Source: Squalus acanthias | Lineage: Eukaryota | NCBI GenBank assembly: GCA_030390025.1 | Contig: CM059433.1 | Coordinates: 27,034,001-27,098,000, forward strand | Direction: 5' to 3' | Length of the DNA: 64,000 bases | Shown: in pieces, positions 13,254-26,175 of the stretch | How positions within the stretch are numbered: the first letter of the stretch is position 1 | Layout: every line of letters begins with the position of its first letter | Translations under genes and position numbers: made by a program | The notes under the pieces: generated by a model | What the model was told of the DNA's origin: nothing | The model's input: only the letters and a program-made list of their open reading frames with translations | Databases searched by the model: none

Positions 13254-13308
13254 TTCTTAGCACATCCATGCAAACCTGTCGGATGTATTCATCTGAAATG
13301 CCTCTTCC
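13254..13308 (-). CDS. COL21A1: Collagen XXI alpha-1-like coding exon (55 bp), NC2 domain
   Basis: cag|GGA AGA GGC...CTA AGA A|gtaagt; GRGISDEYIRQVCMDVLR resembles the COL21A1 NC2 motif GREFSEQFIRQVCTDVIR (from memory). Confidence 0.9.
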
Positions 13309-13392
13309 CTGTTAAAACAGTTTGGCATTAGGAATTAGCAACAGCATATTAAACAATAAACTGTATCAAAATAAAATTAGATGTACACATAC

Positions 13393-13539
13393 AGAAATTC
13401 CTTCCGGTCCTGGTGGTCCCGGTGATCCTGAAAGTCCATTATTTCCTTTAGGCCCTTGAGGCCCAGTTCTGCCAGGCATGCCGAGCTCTCCCCTTTGCCC
13501 TCTTATGCCTGCAGAGCCCGATGTTCCTGGTTCACCTGT
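13393..13539 (-). CDS. COL21A1: Collagen XXI alpha-1-like coding exon (147 bp), end of COL2 domain
   Basis: tag|ACA GGT GAA...ATT TCT|gt; encodes [49 protein letters not shown]. Confidence 0.9.
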
Positions 13540-13645
13540 CTAGAACAAAAAGAGTCGTAATAACAGTGATAGTATTGTCATCTTTATAATATTTAAATGT
13601 AATGTGAACAATATCTGTTCAAGCTACATATTTTGGCTGGCCTAC

Positions 13646-13678
13646 CTCTCCTTTTGATCCTGATGAACCTCTTGTCCC
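13646..13678 (-). CDS. COL21A1: Collagen XXI alpha-1-like coding exon (33 bp)
   Basis: cag|GGG ACA AGA...GGA GAG|gt; encodes GTRGSSGSKGE; the last Gly-X-Y triplet is completed by the next exon. Confidence 0.87.
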
Positions 13679-14277
13679 CTGCAAAAAAGAATTAAATTAT
13701 CAGTTTACTTACTTTAACCAATACCCCCAGGCACAAGAAACTCTGCCTCATTATCTGTGAAATGCAAATGTCAGGGTGAAATATTACAATACCATCATAT
13801 GTACTGTGTCAACTCAAAATGATTTACCAATTTATAACACAAAATTGAACATATAATTTGGGAATAATATTGTCAATCTAACTTACAAGCTCATGGCTAG
13901 AGAACTGAGACATGTGGTCTTAATAGCTACAACTTCAACTCTGTTAGTTACTTATTCTTGCTCTAATCTATCAATAGATTTTCTCAGCTCTGGACTGAGA
14001 CCAATAACTTTGATAATGTACTTGAGAAGCATTCTTTTCTATATAATGCCACCAAAAACACATCCTTGATTTATGCTGGCTATTAAATTATTTGTGTGAA
14101 CTGGCTCCTTACCAACTTGTCAACTGTGACTGCGATTTCTCAATACCACTGAGCATACCCTTGTGAGATCAGACTGTCCCTCACTACACTGTTCCTAGCT
14201 GGATATAAAACCAGTATCAGTTTTAAATGCAAAAATATAGTCAGTTTCTTTGATATTTTGAAGATATTCTTCAATAG

Positions 14278-14597
14278 GAAGTTACAAAGGGATATAGACA
14301 GACTAAATGAGTAAGCAAAACTAAGGAAGATGTGAAGAAGTGTGAGCTTATTCACTTTGGATCTGAGAAAGAAAAGTCAGAATATTTTCTTAATGGTGAG
14401 AGACTAGGAGCTGTGGAGGAGCAACGGGATTTGAGCGTCCATGTAAGTAAATAATTAAGTGCCTAGGTACAAAAAGTAATCTAAACGGCTAATGGAATGT
14501 TGTTCTTTATCTCAAGGGGGTTGGAATACAAAAGTAAGGAATTGATGCTTCAGTTGTACAGAGCCTTGGTCAGACCCCATTTAGAGTAATGTGTCAT
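14278..14597 (+). mobile_element. Decayed CR1 ORF2 fragment
   Basis: Similar to 1170-1500 (LQRDIDRL...YRALVRPHLE region). Confidence 0.65.
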
Positions 14598-14687
14598 ACA
14601 CTTGAACACTTTAATAACGATTGCTTATGAAAGCATACAAAGGGAAATAAATTGCAAACAAAGGGAAATATACGAGTTAGATGTTAC

Positions 14688-14732
14688 CTGTAGTCCTGGT
14701 ATTCCTGGCTCTCCTTTTATACCCTGGTCACC
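14688..14732 (-). CDS. COL21A1: Collagen XXI alpha-1-like coding exon (45 bp)
   Basis: aag|GGT GAC CAG...CTA CAG|gt; encodes GDQGIKGEPGIPGLQ. Confidence 0.87.
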
Positions 14733-15039
14733 CTTTTTGAAAGAAATAGAAAACAGTTTTACAAAGAGGATCTACTTTCTATGCCAATAAACATATCATA
14801 CAATTAAGGTTATTTAAGAAAGGTGAAATTCTAATTTCAATATCTAATAGTCCGAATTGGAACAAATTATTAAAGGGCATCATATTTATATTTTTACTAA
14901 TTACCTGCCAATTAGTAGACGTTCAAATGGGAACATTTATTTAAAGAAAACTGCTCAGGCATCTATTGTTTCCATCTACAGTAATTACTTAATGGAAACA
15001 ACTGGATAAAGTTAGCATTCTAATTGTCATGTCTTTGCT

Positions 15040-16615
15040 TAGAAAGAGGGGAGATAATTGATAAACTAATCAAACTTAGAGAGGGTAAAACCCCTAGTCT
15101 GGATGGATTGCATCCACGCATATTAAAATGTGATAGGGAGGAGATAGCAGAGGCATTATTACATATATATAAAAAATTATTAGAAAAGGGAATAGTGCCA
15201 GAGGACTGGCGGAGAGCTAATGTGATTCCTATATTTAAAAAGGGAGATAGAACAAGTCCCGGGAACTATAGACCAGTTAGCTTAACGTTGGTGGTAGGAT
15301 AATGGAATCTTTACTCAAAGATGTAATAGAAAAACATCTAGAAACCGAAAATATAATAAATAATAGTCAGCACACATTTCAAAAGAGAAGATCATGCTTG
15401 ACCAACCTTATTGAATGCTTTGAAGAAGTAACAGAAAGAGTAGACAAGCGTAATGTAGTGGAGGTAAATTTTTGGATTTTCAAAAGGCCTTTGATAAGGT
15501 ACCGCATTGTAGACGCATGACTAAGATCAGAGCATGTGGAGTCAGGGGACAAGTAGCAGAATAGATAGCAATTGGCTACAAAAGAGAAAACAGAGAGTTG
15601 GGGTTAAGGGTAGTTACTCAGACTGGCAAAAGATGGGAATTGGTGTTCCACAGGGATTGGTGCTGGGACCACTGTTGTTCACAATTTGCATAAAGGATTT
15701 GAACATGGGAATCGGAAGTACAATTTCAAAATTTGCAAACAATACCAAATTGGGGAGTATAGTTAATACTGAGAACCGCGACAAAATACAAGAAGACATT
15801 AATAAACTTGTAAAATGGGCATGTAATTGGCAAATGAATTTCAATATAGATAAATGAGAGGTGATGCATTTTGGTAGGAACAATAAGGAGGCCACCCGTC
15901 TAAATGGGGTAAAGGAGAAAAGGGATTTGGGGGTACAGATACACAAATCACTAAAAGTAGACGCAGGTTAATAAGGCTATAAAAAAAGTAAACCAAGCGC
16001 TGGGTTCATTTCTAGAGGGATAGAATTGACAAGCAGAGAAGTTATGTTAAACTAATGTAAAACAATGGTTAGACTGCCCTTGGCGTACTGTGTAAATTCT
16101 GGTTGCCATATTATAAAAAAGATATAGAGGCACTAGAGAGGGTGCAAAAAAGATTTACAAGGATGATACCAGAACTGAGAAGTTCAGGATTGATTGAACA
16201 GGCTGGGGCTATTTTCTCTACAAAAAAGGCTAAGGGGTGACCTGATAGAGCTCTTTAAGATTTTGAAAAGGTTTGATAAGGTAGATGTAGAGAAGGTGTT
16301 TCCACTTGGGGGAGACCAAAACTCGAGGCCATAAATATAAGATAGTCACTAATAAATACAATAGGGAATTCAGGAGAAACTTATTTACCCAGAGAGTGGT
16401 GAGAATATGGAACTTGCTACCACAAGGAGTAGTTGAGGCGAATAGCATAGATGCATTTAAGGAAAAGCTAGATAAACACACGAAGAAGAAATGAATAGCA
16501 GGTTATGCTGATAGGTTTAGATGAAGAGGGATGGGAGGAGGCTCGTGCAGAGCATAAACACCGGCATAGACCTGTTGGGCCGAATGGCCTTTTTCTGGCT
16601 GTACATTCTATGTAA
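15040..16615 (+). mobile_element. Decayed CR1 LINE (RT to 3' end)
   Basis: Fragmented ORFs with DGLHPRILK, NYRPVSL, VPQGLVLGP, FANNTKL, RRNLFTQRVV and a CR1 3' UTR. Confidence 0.87.
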
Positions 16616-16726
16616 GAAACTTCTGCTCTACAGGTATGTGGATATGATTTTCATTGAGAAATTACAATTTTATAAATGTTTTACTGTCCTTCTATTTATC
16701 ATTCTGTGAGAATACTTTTAAGGTAC

Positions 16727-16882
16727 ATTGCTGTTTGTAGGACCTTGCTGTGCGCAAATTGGCAGCCGCATTTCCTACATTACAACAGTGACTACACTTC
16801 AAAAAGTACTTCATTGGCTGTAAAATGATTTGGGACGTCCTGAGGTTGTGAAAGGCGCGATATAAATGCAAGTCTTTCTTTC
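16727..16882 (+). mobile_element. SINE 3' fragment (SacSINE1-like)
   Basis: Matches the 3' part of 25718-26175. Confidence 0.7.
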
Positions 16883-19800
16883 ACTGAGAACTGTACATGA
16901 CAAGGGACAATAGGGTGGAAATTCCTTTAGGCCCATTCTTGGGCCTGAAATGGGTGCTGCCCATTAACCTTATTTATAAATATGTGTTAAATTATTAAAA
17001 TAACATAGTAAAAACATAATAATAGAACAGTATAGTACTAAATTGGCTCAGTGGTAGCATTCGCGCCTCTGAATTCAAGCCCCGCTCCAGACTGCCCTGG
17101 TGAGCAGAGATGGGAGTTCCAGTCTCTGAATGCTGGGTTGACATCCAGAGAGGGAGTCACATCTGATGGGAGTAGAGTGGCCTTCCCATCATAGCCCTGA
17201 AGAGCAGGAAATCAGAGGTCTGGTCTCTGAATACTGGGTTGATATCTAACGGGTTACTTGCGTCGGTTGAAAGCTCCCTCCTCCTCCCCCCCCCCCCCCC
17301 CCCCAATGTATCGAGTCGGTCCTCCTGCTCGGGGGCTCTGAGTCACGCTAACGGCCTGTCCACATAAAAAGGGTCTTCATTACACAAACAACTCAGAGCA
17401 CGATCAGCTGGATGTAAAAAGCAGTGGAACGAATGTGTTGCCTCATATTTCACTAGACACGAAAGAGAAAGAAGGTAGTACATAATTAGTCAATATTGCT
17501 TTACGTCAACCAGTAGGGGATTTACTTATTAGATTCAAATTATGGCATATCAGCTAACTCTATGGATGATTGTTTTTCTGTGTCTCTAACAATTTGACAA
17601 ACATATACATATAAATGTGTACTTAGACACATTATAAACATTGTGGACATATTTTACTATTTACTGCTCCTGGTGTAGAGCTTTATGCAATGGAAATTCA
17701 TATCAGCAATTCAGACGCACAGGTCAGGTTGCCCAATTCATGGCCTTCTGGCCATTCATTTTTTTTTACACTGTAATGTAAGGAATAATAATTTACAATG
17801 CATATATAGCTTACGTCAGGTATGCGCGATATTAACTTCTACGTTTTCTTTGGAAAGTTAAAGATTTACCTAGTAAAACTGCCATGGAAAATAGTTTCAG
17901 ATATTTTACTACCTCATCTAAAATGGGAATGTTACTAAAATAAAATCAATTCACAGGAGAAACAGCAAATACAGATGCACTTATTATTTAGTCTGGAATA
18001 CAGCAGTTTCAATCCAACATATCCACAAAGGAGGAGTCCAGTCACATACGTGTCCCTACAAGTTGCTGCTGTGAAAACTTGCTTTCAAATGTGGATTCTA
18101 ACGCACTCTGGGTTTAGACAGTTGCAGTACAAGCTGTATCTGGATTACCTCCAAGCACCAACAGAGTGTTCTGTCTGGAAATAATATCTTAAAATATCTG
18201 TTCCCACAGTATTTTGAAAATGTACTGCTGTGAGCAATTATAATGACTCTGTCGCTCATAATAAGTGACTGAATAATGACTTCAAAAGTTATGTCTTGAT
18301 AACTGAGGGATGTGTTTTGCTCTTTTTCCAAATGAAATGTAAACTACTCATATTTTGTGGAAATAACAAACCCTAATGAAGATGGCAGTTGGGCTCTATT
18401 TTGCCAGAAAGTTTTTGTTCGGTCCAAAATCAACAGTGGGAATGAAAGAGAATTGGCCAATCGCAACGCAATATTCACATTTTTCAAGCATTTGAATTGT
18501 GGAGTGTGGAAAGCAGTGTCAAAACAGAGGAGCAGAGGTTGGGAAGATGGGGGTGAAAGTCATCTTGGGCAGCAGTGCAAAATGTGTTACTGTGGCACCA
18601 ACTTGTCCTCTTGATATTTTTTTTAATCTTCTCCTCACATTCTCCGTTAGTAATTAGGTTAATATGCTGTATTATCCTTAGTTTGTTTTTTAATGTACTT
18701 GGGCGATTGTGAGTATTGCCGGAATTTTGCCTACCTGGGCGGGTCCGGTGCGGCCGGTGTCTGTGGTGAGTCGCGGCCCCGCTGCTGGCTCCATCCCGCT
18801 ATTGAAAATGAACATACCTATATGGGGCCTATTAAGCCCGCCCAGCGCATTACCCGGCCCAATGAGATGAAGCAGGTCTGGTGACTTCATTTATGAGATG
18901 CGTTTTCAGCCGGGATCCTTAAAGGGACCATGGTCACATTACATTTGAAGTTTTATCTAACATAGTGCTGTCAGTGCACTACAGCACTGGAGTGCTGCAA
19001 ACACTGACAATGACTGCACAGAGGCAGAGGGCTGCACCCAGGTTCACCGATGACTCCCTCCATATGCTTATGGAGGGAGTCAGAGCATGCATGGAGGTCC
19101 TCTTCCCTTCCAATGGGCGGAAGAGACCTCCATAGGAGACCAAGACAGCCTGGTTGCAGACTGCAGAGGAGGTCACAAGCAGGGATGTGTTCAGGAGGAC
19201 CTGGGTGCAGTGCTGCAAACATTTCAATGATCTCATTAGATCAGGAAGCGTTAGTACAAAGTCAAACTCAACTGCATCCTCCTGTGCCTCTCATCACATC
19301 CCCATCACTCTGCCTTCCCTACCCTACTCCTGCACATCCTTACTCACACCAACATATCTTGCACGTCCACCTATCCCTCTCTCTCTATCTACATTATCAC
19401 ATCCCCATCTCACTAGCCACCCCTCACACTCACCCTCATCCTCGTGCAATCATACCAACTAACAACACACAAGGGTAGCCACTTGGGTGTTTTATGCAAT
19501 GTTTATGTAAAGTTTCTGTTAATGTGGTGTAAAACATAAAAATCTTTATTTTCAACACTTTTCGGTCTTTGACAGATTTGTGTGCACCTTTAGAAGTGGC
19601 TTAGTGAGTTGCAGTGAATGGTGAGACATAACGGTACCCCCCGCAATGGTGATGAGTGTGAAAGGAATGGCTTGGTCATTGTAGGGATGCTTTATGGTGT
19701 TGGTGTGGGGTGGTGCCAACCTGGCGCATCATGTGGCAACCATATGGGTGTACAGCGTAAAGTTAACTAAATCTGGCCATGATGAGGCCATCCCTGGCCT

Positions 19801-20328
19801 CCCGGGCAGCAATGTGCTCCGGTAGCTGATGCCCTGTGTCCTGTGCAGCATCAGGTGATCGCGGAGAAGGTTGGTGTTGTTGTTGGTGTTGATGGTGTGC
19901 TTGGTGCTGCTGGTGTTGGGGCTCATTGTGGTCCGATTCTGAGAACCAAGGTGAGACAGTTTAAACGGCACCCATATTTATGGAATAGAAGGCAGGTGAA
20001 GTACAGCTGACAGAAGCATTCTGTCAATGGTGAGAGAGTTCTTCCAATGAGGTGACACTGGATGGAGACTTTGCTGAAAACACTTGCAGCCTGCAGAATC
20101 TGTGCTGGAAATGGACTGAGCAACAGCTTCTGCCTGAGGAAAGTAATCATCTGTCAGGTGGGAGCTTTTACTGAACATTTCATGCTGTCAAGTAATCAGC
20201 TGGAGCAATGGCCACAGAACTCTTGCCTCAGGTTGACAGACGTGGTTCCCGAGCTGCGTGAATCCCGTGGCCATCCAGGGAAATTTAAAAAGTAAGTGAA
20301 AAAAGGCTTTTAAGTGCCTGTAAACTAC

Positions 20329-20576
20329 TGTTGAGGCTGCCGCGAAACACGAATTAAGACTGAATCCATGTGTGGAAAACAAAGGCTTTTTAATACAACT
20401 GCATGGTCCAAAATGGCTGAAACCAACTGCTCCCAGAATTCTCTGGAAAAATCCTGAGGCCCCGCCCACTCCTTTTCTCCTGCCTTAAAGGCAAGGTGCC
20501 TTAAAGGCAAGGTGCCCGATATTTTGTCCACGGACGGAAAAGTGGATAATGCCCGTTTAGGTGGCGATCCGCCACA
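20329..20576 (-). repeat. Gypsy 3' LTR (248 bp)
   Basis: Differs from the 5' LTR by one substitution and a 16-bp tandem duplication (ccttaaaggcaaggtg); preceded on the minus strand by the PPT ctggggggagctg. Confidence 0.95.
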
Positions 20577-20596
20577 CAGCTCCCCCCAGAATCCGC

Positions 20597-23500
20597 TTAG
20601 GAGGTGTGGACGAGACGGTGCGGCGGTCTGATGGGCCGGCCGGAGCGGCTCTTGTAGGACGCCGGTGGACGTGGAACGGCCAGGCATGGAGCAGCCGGGT
20701 GAACCGGCTTGAGGGCAGGTGGGCCGCGTGGTGGTGGACGAGCTACAGGGACCTGCTCACCGGGCTCCGAGTGTGCTGGCTTGAGTCGGTCAACCGACAC
20801 TTTTTCGGTCCTGTCGCCCACTTGCAGGGTGAAAAATTTGTCCCCAGCCTGTAGCACCTTGTAGGGCCCGTCGTACGGGGGTTGAAGGGGTCCGCGGTGG
20901 GCGTCGTGCCGGACGAAAACGAACCGTGCCTGGTGCAGGCTTAGTGGGACGTGTGAGGTGGATTCGCCGTGTCGGGCAATGGGCACCGGGGCGAACTGCA
21001 GCGCCGGTGAGGCGAAGTCGTGGTGTTGCTGGTTGGCTGACCAGGGTGTCGTGGTGGTGGGCAGGAACTCGCCGGGTACGCGCAGCGGCTGACCGTACAC
21101 GAGCTCTGCTGCCGATGCGTGGAGGTCTTCTTTAACCGCGGTGCGCAGGCCGAGGAGGACCCACGGAAGTCGGTCGGTCCAGGCGCCGTCCTGGAGGCTG
21201 GCTCGAAGAGATGCCTTCAAGGATCTGTGGAACCGCTTACACAGTCCGTTGGCTTGGGGGTGGTACGCTGTGGTGCGGTGAATGGTCACCCCGAGATTGC
21301 GTGCGACGGCGGTCCAGAGTTCAGAGGTAAATTGCGGACCTCTGTCCGACGTCATGTCGGAGGGGACGCCGAACTGTGCGACCCAGGTGCTGACGAAGGC
21401 TCTGGCAATGTCGGCGGTAGTGGTAGAGGTCAGTGGAATTGCCTCGGGCCAGCGCGTGGTGCGGTCAACGATCGTCAGCAAGTGCGTGTGGCCTTGCGAC
21501 GGCGGCAGGGGCCCGACGATGTCCACGTGGATGTGGTCGAATCTACGCGAGGGGACGGTAAACTCCTCGAGGGGTGCTTTCGTGTGTTGCTGTACCTTGG
21601 CCCGTTGGCAGGCTAGGCAGGAGTTGGCCCAAGTACGCACATCCTTGCGAAGGCCGCGCCAGACAAAGCGGTTGGCTACCAATTTGATGGATGCGCGGGC
21701 GCCGGGGTGGGAGAGGTTGTGGAGAATGTCGAATACCCGGCGGCGCCAGGACGCTGGGACGACGGGCCGAGGTTGACATAGGGATATGTCGCACTTGACC
21801 GTGACTGCGGTCGGGCCACAGGCGACGTCGGCCAGGCGTAGCCCTGGTAGGTTGGTCGGTGCGGAGAGCAGATCAGGGTCGGTGATCTGGACTGCTGCAA
21901 GTTGAGCGTAGTCGACTGCCAGGTGTGCGGCGTGGATGGCGGGGCGGGAGAGGCAGTCGGCTACCACATTGTCTCGGCCGGAGACGTGTTGGATGTCCGT
22001 GGTGAACTCGGACACTGCCGCGAGCTGGCGCTGCTGCCTGGCGGACCAGGGGTCGGTTGTCTTTGCCATTGCGAATGTCAGGGGCTTGTGGTCAACAAAC
22101 GCAGTGAAAGGGTGGCCCTCAAGCAAAAACCGAAAATGGAGGACCGCCAGGAACAGCGCGAGGAGCTCGCGGTCGAAGGTGCTGTACTTTACCTCTGGGG
22201 GGCGTAGTTGGTGGCTGAAGAAGGCAAGTGGTTGCCAGGCGCCATCGACCCACTGCTCATACACGGCGCCGACCGCGTGGTCGGAGGAGTCCGTGGTGAG
22301 CGCTACCCTGGCATTGGGCCGTGGGTGCGCGAGCAGGGTGGCGTTGGCGAGCGCGGTCTTGGTGGAGTCGAAGGCGGCGGACGCGTCTGCCATCCATTCG
22401 ACCGCCATCTTGCCGCTCCTGCCCCGGAGGGCTTCATACAGGGGCCTCATGAGGGACGCCGCTTTGGGGATGAAGCGGTTATAGAAATTCACCATCCCGA
22501 GGAACTCCTGGAGGCCTTTGATGGTGGTGGGGCGGGGAAATTGTTGGACGGCCTGCACCTTGGTGGGCAGGGGAATGGCCCCAGCATGGGTGATGTGGTG
22601 GCCGAGGAAGTCGATCTTGTCCAGGCCGAACTGGCATTTGGCTGGGCTGAGGATGAGCCCGTGGTCGCTGAGGCGCCCGAACAGGATGCGAAGGTGTTCG
22701 AGGTGTTCCTGCTTGGAGGAACTGGCTACCAGGATGTCGTCCAGGTAGACAAACAGGAACTTCAGGTCCCGAAGGACCGAGTCCATGAGCCGTTGGAATG
22801 CCTGGGCCGCGTTTGAGGCCGAAGGGCATCCGCAGGAACTCGAACAGGCCGAAGGGGGTGATTACGGCCGTCTTGGGGACGTCCGCGGGGTGGACGGGGA
22901 CTTGGTGGTAGCCGCGCACCAGGTCGACCTTGGAAAAGACTGAGCGGCCGGCCAGTCTAGCCGAGAAGTCCTGAATGTGCGGCACGGGGGTGGTGGCGTC
23001 GTTGAGGCGGCGGTAATCCCCGCAGGGGCGCCAACCTCCGCCTGGTTTGGGGGCGATGTGGAGTGGGGAGGCCCAGGGACTGTTGGAGTGGCGGATGATG
23101 CAGAGCTGTTCCATGGTGGCAAAATCGGTCCGCGCGATCTCCAGTTTGCCGGGTCCAGCCTGCGGGCGTGGGCATACACTGGGGGGCCTGTGGTGGGGAT
23201 GAAGTGTTCCACCCTGTGTTTGGCGGCCTCCGCGGAGAAGGTCGGATTGGTAAGGGCCGGGAATTCGGCCAGGAGTGCCGAGTAGTCATCCGTGGCCCGG
23301 GCGTGGCACTGTGACGCCATGTCGGCGGGTTGACGGGGGGCCATGGCGCCCAGGATGGGGGACATGGTGTTCATGTCCACGAGGCGGTGACGAGGGATGT
23401 CTACCAGTAGGCCGTGGGCGCACAGGAAATCTGCGCCGATGAGAGGGAAGAGCACCTTGGCAGTGATGAACTCCCATCGGTAGCGGCGACCAGCGAGGTC

Positions 23501-24394
23501 GAGGGTGACTGTCCGGGTGCCGTACGTCCGGATTTCCGAGCCGTTAGCAGCAGCCAGCGCCGGTCCTCGTTCGCCCTTTTGGATGTCGAGGGAGGAGGCC
23601 GGGATGATGCTTTGCTGAGCTCCAGTGTCGCACAGGAACCGGCGGCCGGTTTTGTCATCCGTGACGTACAGCAGGGAGCCCGCGTGGCCCATGGCCATCG
23701 TGGGGGCTGGTACGGGGGCGGACTTGAAAGAGCAGGGAGGTGTGCACCGTTGTGCCCTGGCGCCGAACCGTGCATGGTAGTAACTGTGGCCCGGGTTAGT
23801 GGGGCGCAAGGCCCCCTTGGGCCTGGTGGCTGGTCCTTGTGGCCGCGTGGTGGCCAGTGAGGGGCGCGCCCAGGCATTGGCTGCCAGGTCCGGAGTGACG
23901 TCGCGGCTGGAGTGAGCGGACAGCAGCTTGTCGGCCTCATCGGCCAGGGCTTCCAGGTTCGTGAGGCCGGACGGCACGATCGCTGGGCGGATGCTGAGAG
24001 GGAGCTGGCGGATGAACAGCGTGCGGAAAAGGGATCCGGGTGGGCTCTCGTCGGTGAGGGAGAGCATGTGGGAGAGGAGGTCTGACGGTGAGGCATCACC
24101 GAGGCCTGGAAGGTCGAGGAGGTGGCAGTTTCGCTGGTATGCCGAGGCCATAAATTTTTTAAGGAGCGCTGCCTTGAGATGTGCATACTTGCCTTCCTCT
24201 GGTGGGTTCTGCAGCGCTGTCCAAACCTTTGAAACTGTGGCGCTACCGAGTGATGTGACGAGGTAGTCGTACTGCGTCCCATCTGTGGTGATGTTTCGCA
24301 GCCGGAAGCGGGATTCAGCTTGGAGAAACCAGTCTTCGGGCTGGTTTTCCCAAAACTCCAGCAGTTTCACGGAAACTGCGTTCGTGTCCGCCAT
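20597..24394 (-). pseudogene. Gypsy gag-pol polyprotein with two frameshifts (about 23150 and 22808)
   Basis: Gag (AVSVKLLEFW..WFLQAE), protease FLCDTGA, RT DYRRLN/PFGL/YLDD, RNase H, integrase HHCC with D (HVDIVG), D (SDRG), and catalytic E replaced by K (GLCKRFHR). Confidence 0.92.
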
Positions 24395-24419
24395 TGCAGT
24401 GCTCGGAATATGTTCTGAG

Positions 24420-24433
24420 CGTCGGGGTCACCA
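24420..24433 (-). promoter_or_regulatory. Primer-binding site, tRNA-Trp
   Basis: Minus strand TGGTGACCCCGACG one base after the 5' LTR, complementary to the tRNA-Trp 3' end (...CGUCGGGGUCACCA). Confidence 0.85.
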
Positions 24434-24434
24434 A

Positions 24435-24666
24435 TGTTGAGGCTGCCGCGAAACACGAATTAAGACTGAATCCAGGTGTGGAAAACAAAGGCTTTTTAAT
24501 ACAACTGCATGGTCCAAAATGGCTGAAACCAACTGCTCCCAGAATTCTCTGGAAAAATCCTGAGGCCCCGCCCACTCCTTTTCTCCTGCCTTAAAGGCAA
24601 GGTGCCCGATATTTTGTCCACGGACGGAAAAGTGGATAATGCCCGTTTAGGTGGCGATCCGCCACA
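24435..24666 (-). repeat. Gypsy 5' LTR (232 bp)
   Basis: Direct repeat of 20329-20576; adjacent to the PBS. Confidence 0.95.
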
Positions 24667-24899
24667 CTACCTGATAATCATCTCAACTGGGTCCCCCGCC
24701 ACTGCCGGTCAGGTCGGCAACACAATGACATACGCGCTTGGGGGAAAGGCGCGTGAGACTGAGATGACAGCGGGTTCCCAACTTTCTCACCCGACCCGCC
24801 ACCAATCGCGCCCGCTACCACCCCGGAAAATTCCGGCCGATGTGTTTGTAATGAGAATGGGAGATGGTAGAGTGTGCCATTTTGCTGGGTGGTGATGGA

Positions 24900-25190
24900 G
24901 GGGAGGGAATTGTTCATAGTGCTGGGGAAGGGGATACAGGATTGTTGGCATGGGTTCTAGAGAGAGAGGGAAAAATAAAGAGCAGTCCTCACTTTTGCTA
25001 CTTCAGTGAGATCACTGAAGCACTTCCTGCACTATATCAAGGTGCTGGGGCTGATGACCTCTAAACTGTCTCCCCACACCTGAATAACAGAGTGTTCAGC
25101 AACCTTCCTGGCACTGCTGGGGAACAGGAGTTTCCTCTTTGCCCTCACCTCTTCCACAAGCACCTCCAAGGAGGCTTCTTAGAACTTCGG
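24900..25190 (-). pseudogene. Decayed Harbinger Myb/SANT exon remnant
   Basis: Minus strand translates ASLEVLVEEVRAKRKLLFP, matching the LHMLVERVRARREVLFP motif of the intact Myb exon. Confidence 0.55.
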
Positions 25191-25717
25191 ACTTACCTTC
25201 GAATCATTTCAGAGAAGATTCTTAGTCCAGGACCTTGGAAATGTAGGAAGCCGCAAGGCAATGCAATTCTTTAAAAGAAAATGTTTTCCGGAAGTGGATG
25301 GGTTTCCGGTCAGGTCAGCTAATTCAGTGGGAAACCCACCGGTGAGATTATAATTTGGCCCGGGAGCTAAAATATCCCAGATCTGTTTCTGACTGCAGTG
25401 GGTGAGTTTCCAATTGAAATCAAAACTCACCCGCTCAAAACTGGCTTGTAGTTAAAATCAGGGCCCATGTGTTACGTCACTGTGTCCATACACACTGATA
25501 TTGCACAAATGCTTCAGACTTCATGTGACAAAAGCACAATACTCTAAGCGTAGTGTCTAAGGGTATGTTTACAGTGTTAGTCTGCTGCGAGCTTTGCTTC
25601 GCTCTGCTCCAGGGTCAGGTCGGGCCATGACTTTGGGAACGGGTTACATTTATACCATAACTGCAGTAAAGTGATTCACACGGACACTGCAGTCACATTT
25701 AGTGATGATACTATGTA

Positions 25718-26175
25718 GTGTCAGCCTGGGCTCAGTGGTAGCACTCTCAGCTAACAGTCAGAAAGTCACTGGTTCAAGCCCCACTCCAGAGACTTGAGCG
25801 CATAATCTAGGCTGACACATCTGTGCAGTACTGAGGGAGCGCTGCACTGTCGGAGGCTGTCTTTCGGATGAGACATTAAACTGAGGCCCCATCTGCCCTC
25901 TCAGGTGGGTGTAAAAGATCCCATGACACGATTTCAAAGACGAGCAGGGGAGTTCTCTCTGGTGACCTGGCCAATATTTAGCCCTCAACCAACATCACCA
26001 AACAGATTATCATTATCTCATTGCTGTTTGTGGGAACTTGCTGTGCACAAATTGGTTGCTGTGTTTCCTACATTACAACAGCGACTACACTTCAAAAAGC
26101 ACTTACTTGGCTGTAAAGCACTTTGGAAGGTCCTGAGGTTGTGAAAGATGCTATATAAATGCAAGTCTTTCTTTC
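25718..26175 (+). mobile_element. Full-length Deu-domain tRNA-derived SINE (SacSINE1-like)
   Basis: Pol III A box (ggctcagtggta) and B box (ggttcaagccc), Deu-like core, tail gctatataaatgcaagtctttctttc. Confidence 0.82.

Larger units (their letters stand above)
20329..24666 (-). mobile_element. Full-length Ty3/Gypsy LTR retrotransposon (4338 bp)
   Basis: TG...CA LTRs, 4-bp TSD CTAC (20325-20328, 24667-24670), tRNA-Trp PBS, polypurine tract, gag-PR-RT-RNaseH-IN order. Confidence 0.96.
18717..24838. mobile_element. Non-autonomous Harbinger deletion derivative, interrupted by a Gypsy element
   Basis: TIRs tgccggaattttgc / ggaaaattccggcc; collinear with 29497-33727 but lacking Myb exons 2-3 and the transposase core; Myb exon 1 remnant at about 19009-19248. 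Confidence 0.87.

Noticed and set aside
20926..24282. Many overlapping 100-290-aa ORFs in the GC-rich block as extra genes or bacterial contamination
   Set aside because: They are shadow ORFs of GC-rich Gypsy gag-pol, and the block is bounded by LTRs with a TSD.
25718..25790. tRNA gene
   Set aside because: A/B boxes are present but continue into a SINE body repeated many times; no intact cloverleaf was seen.
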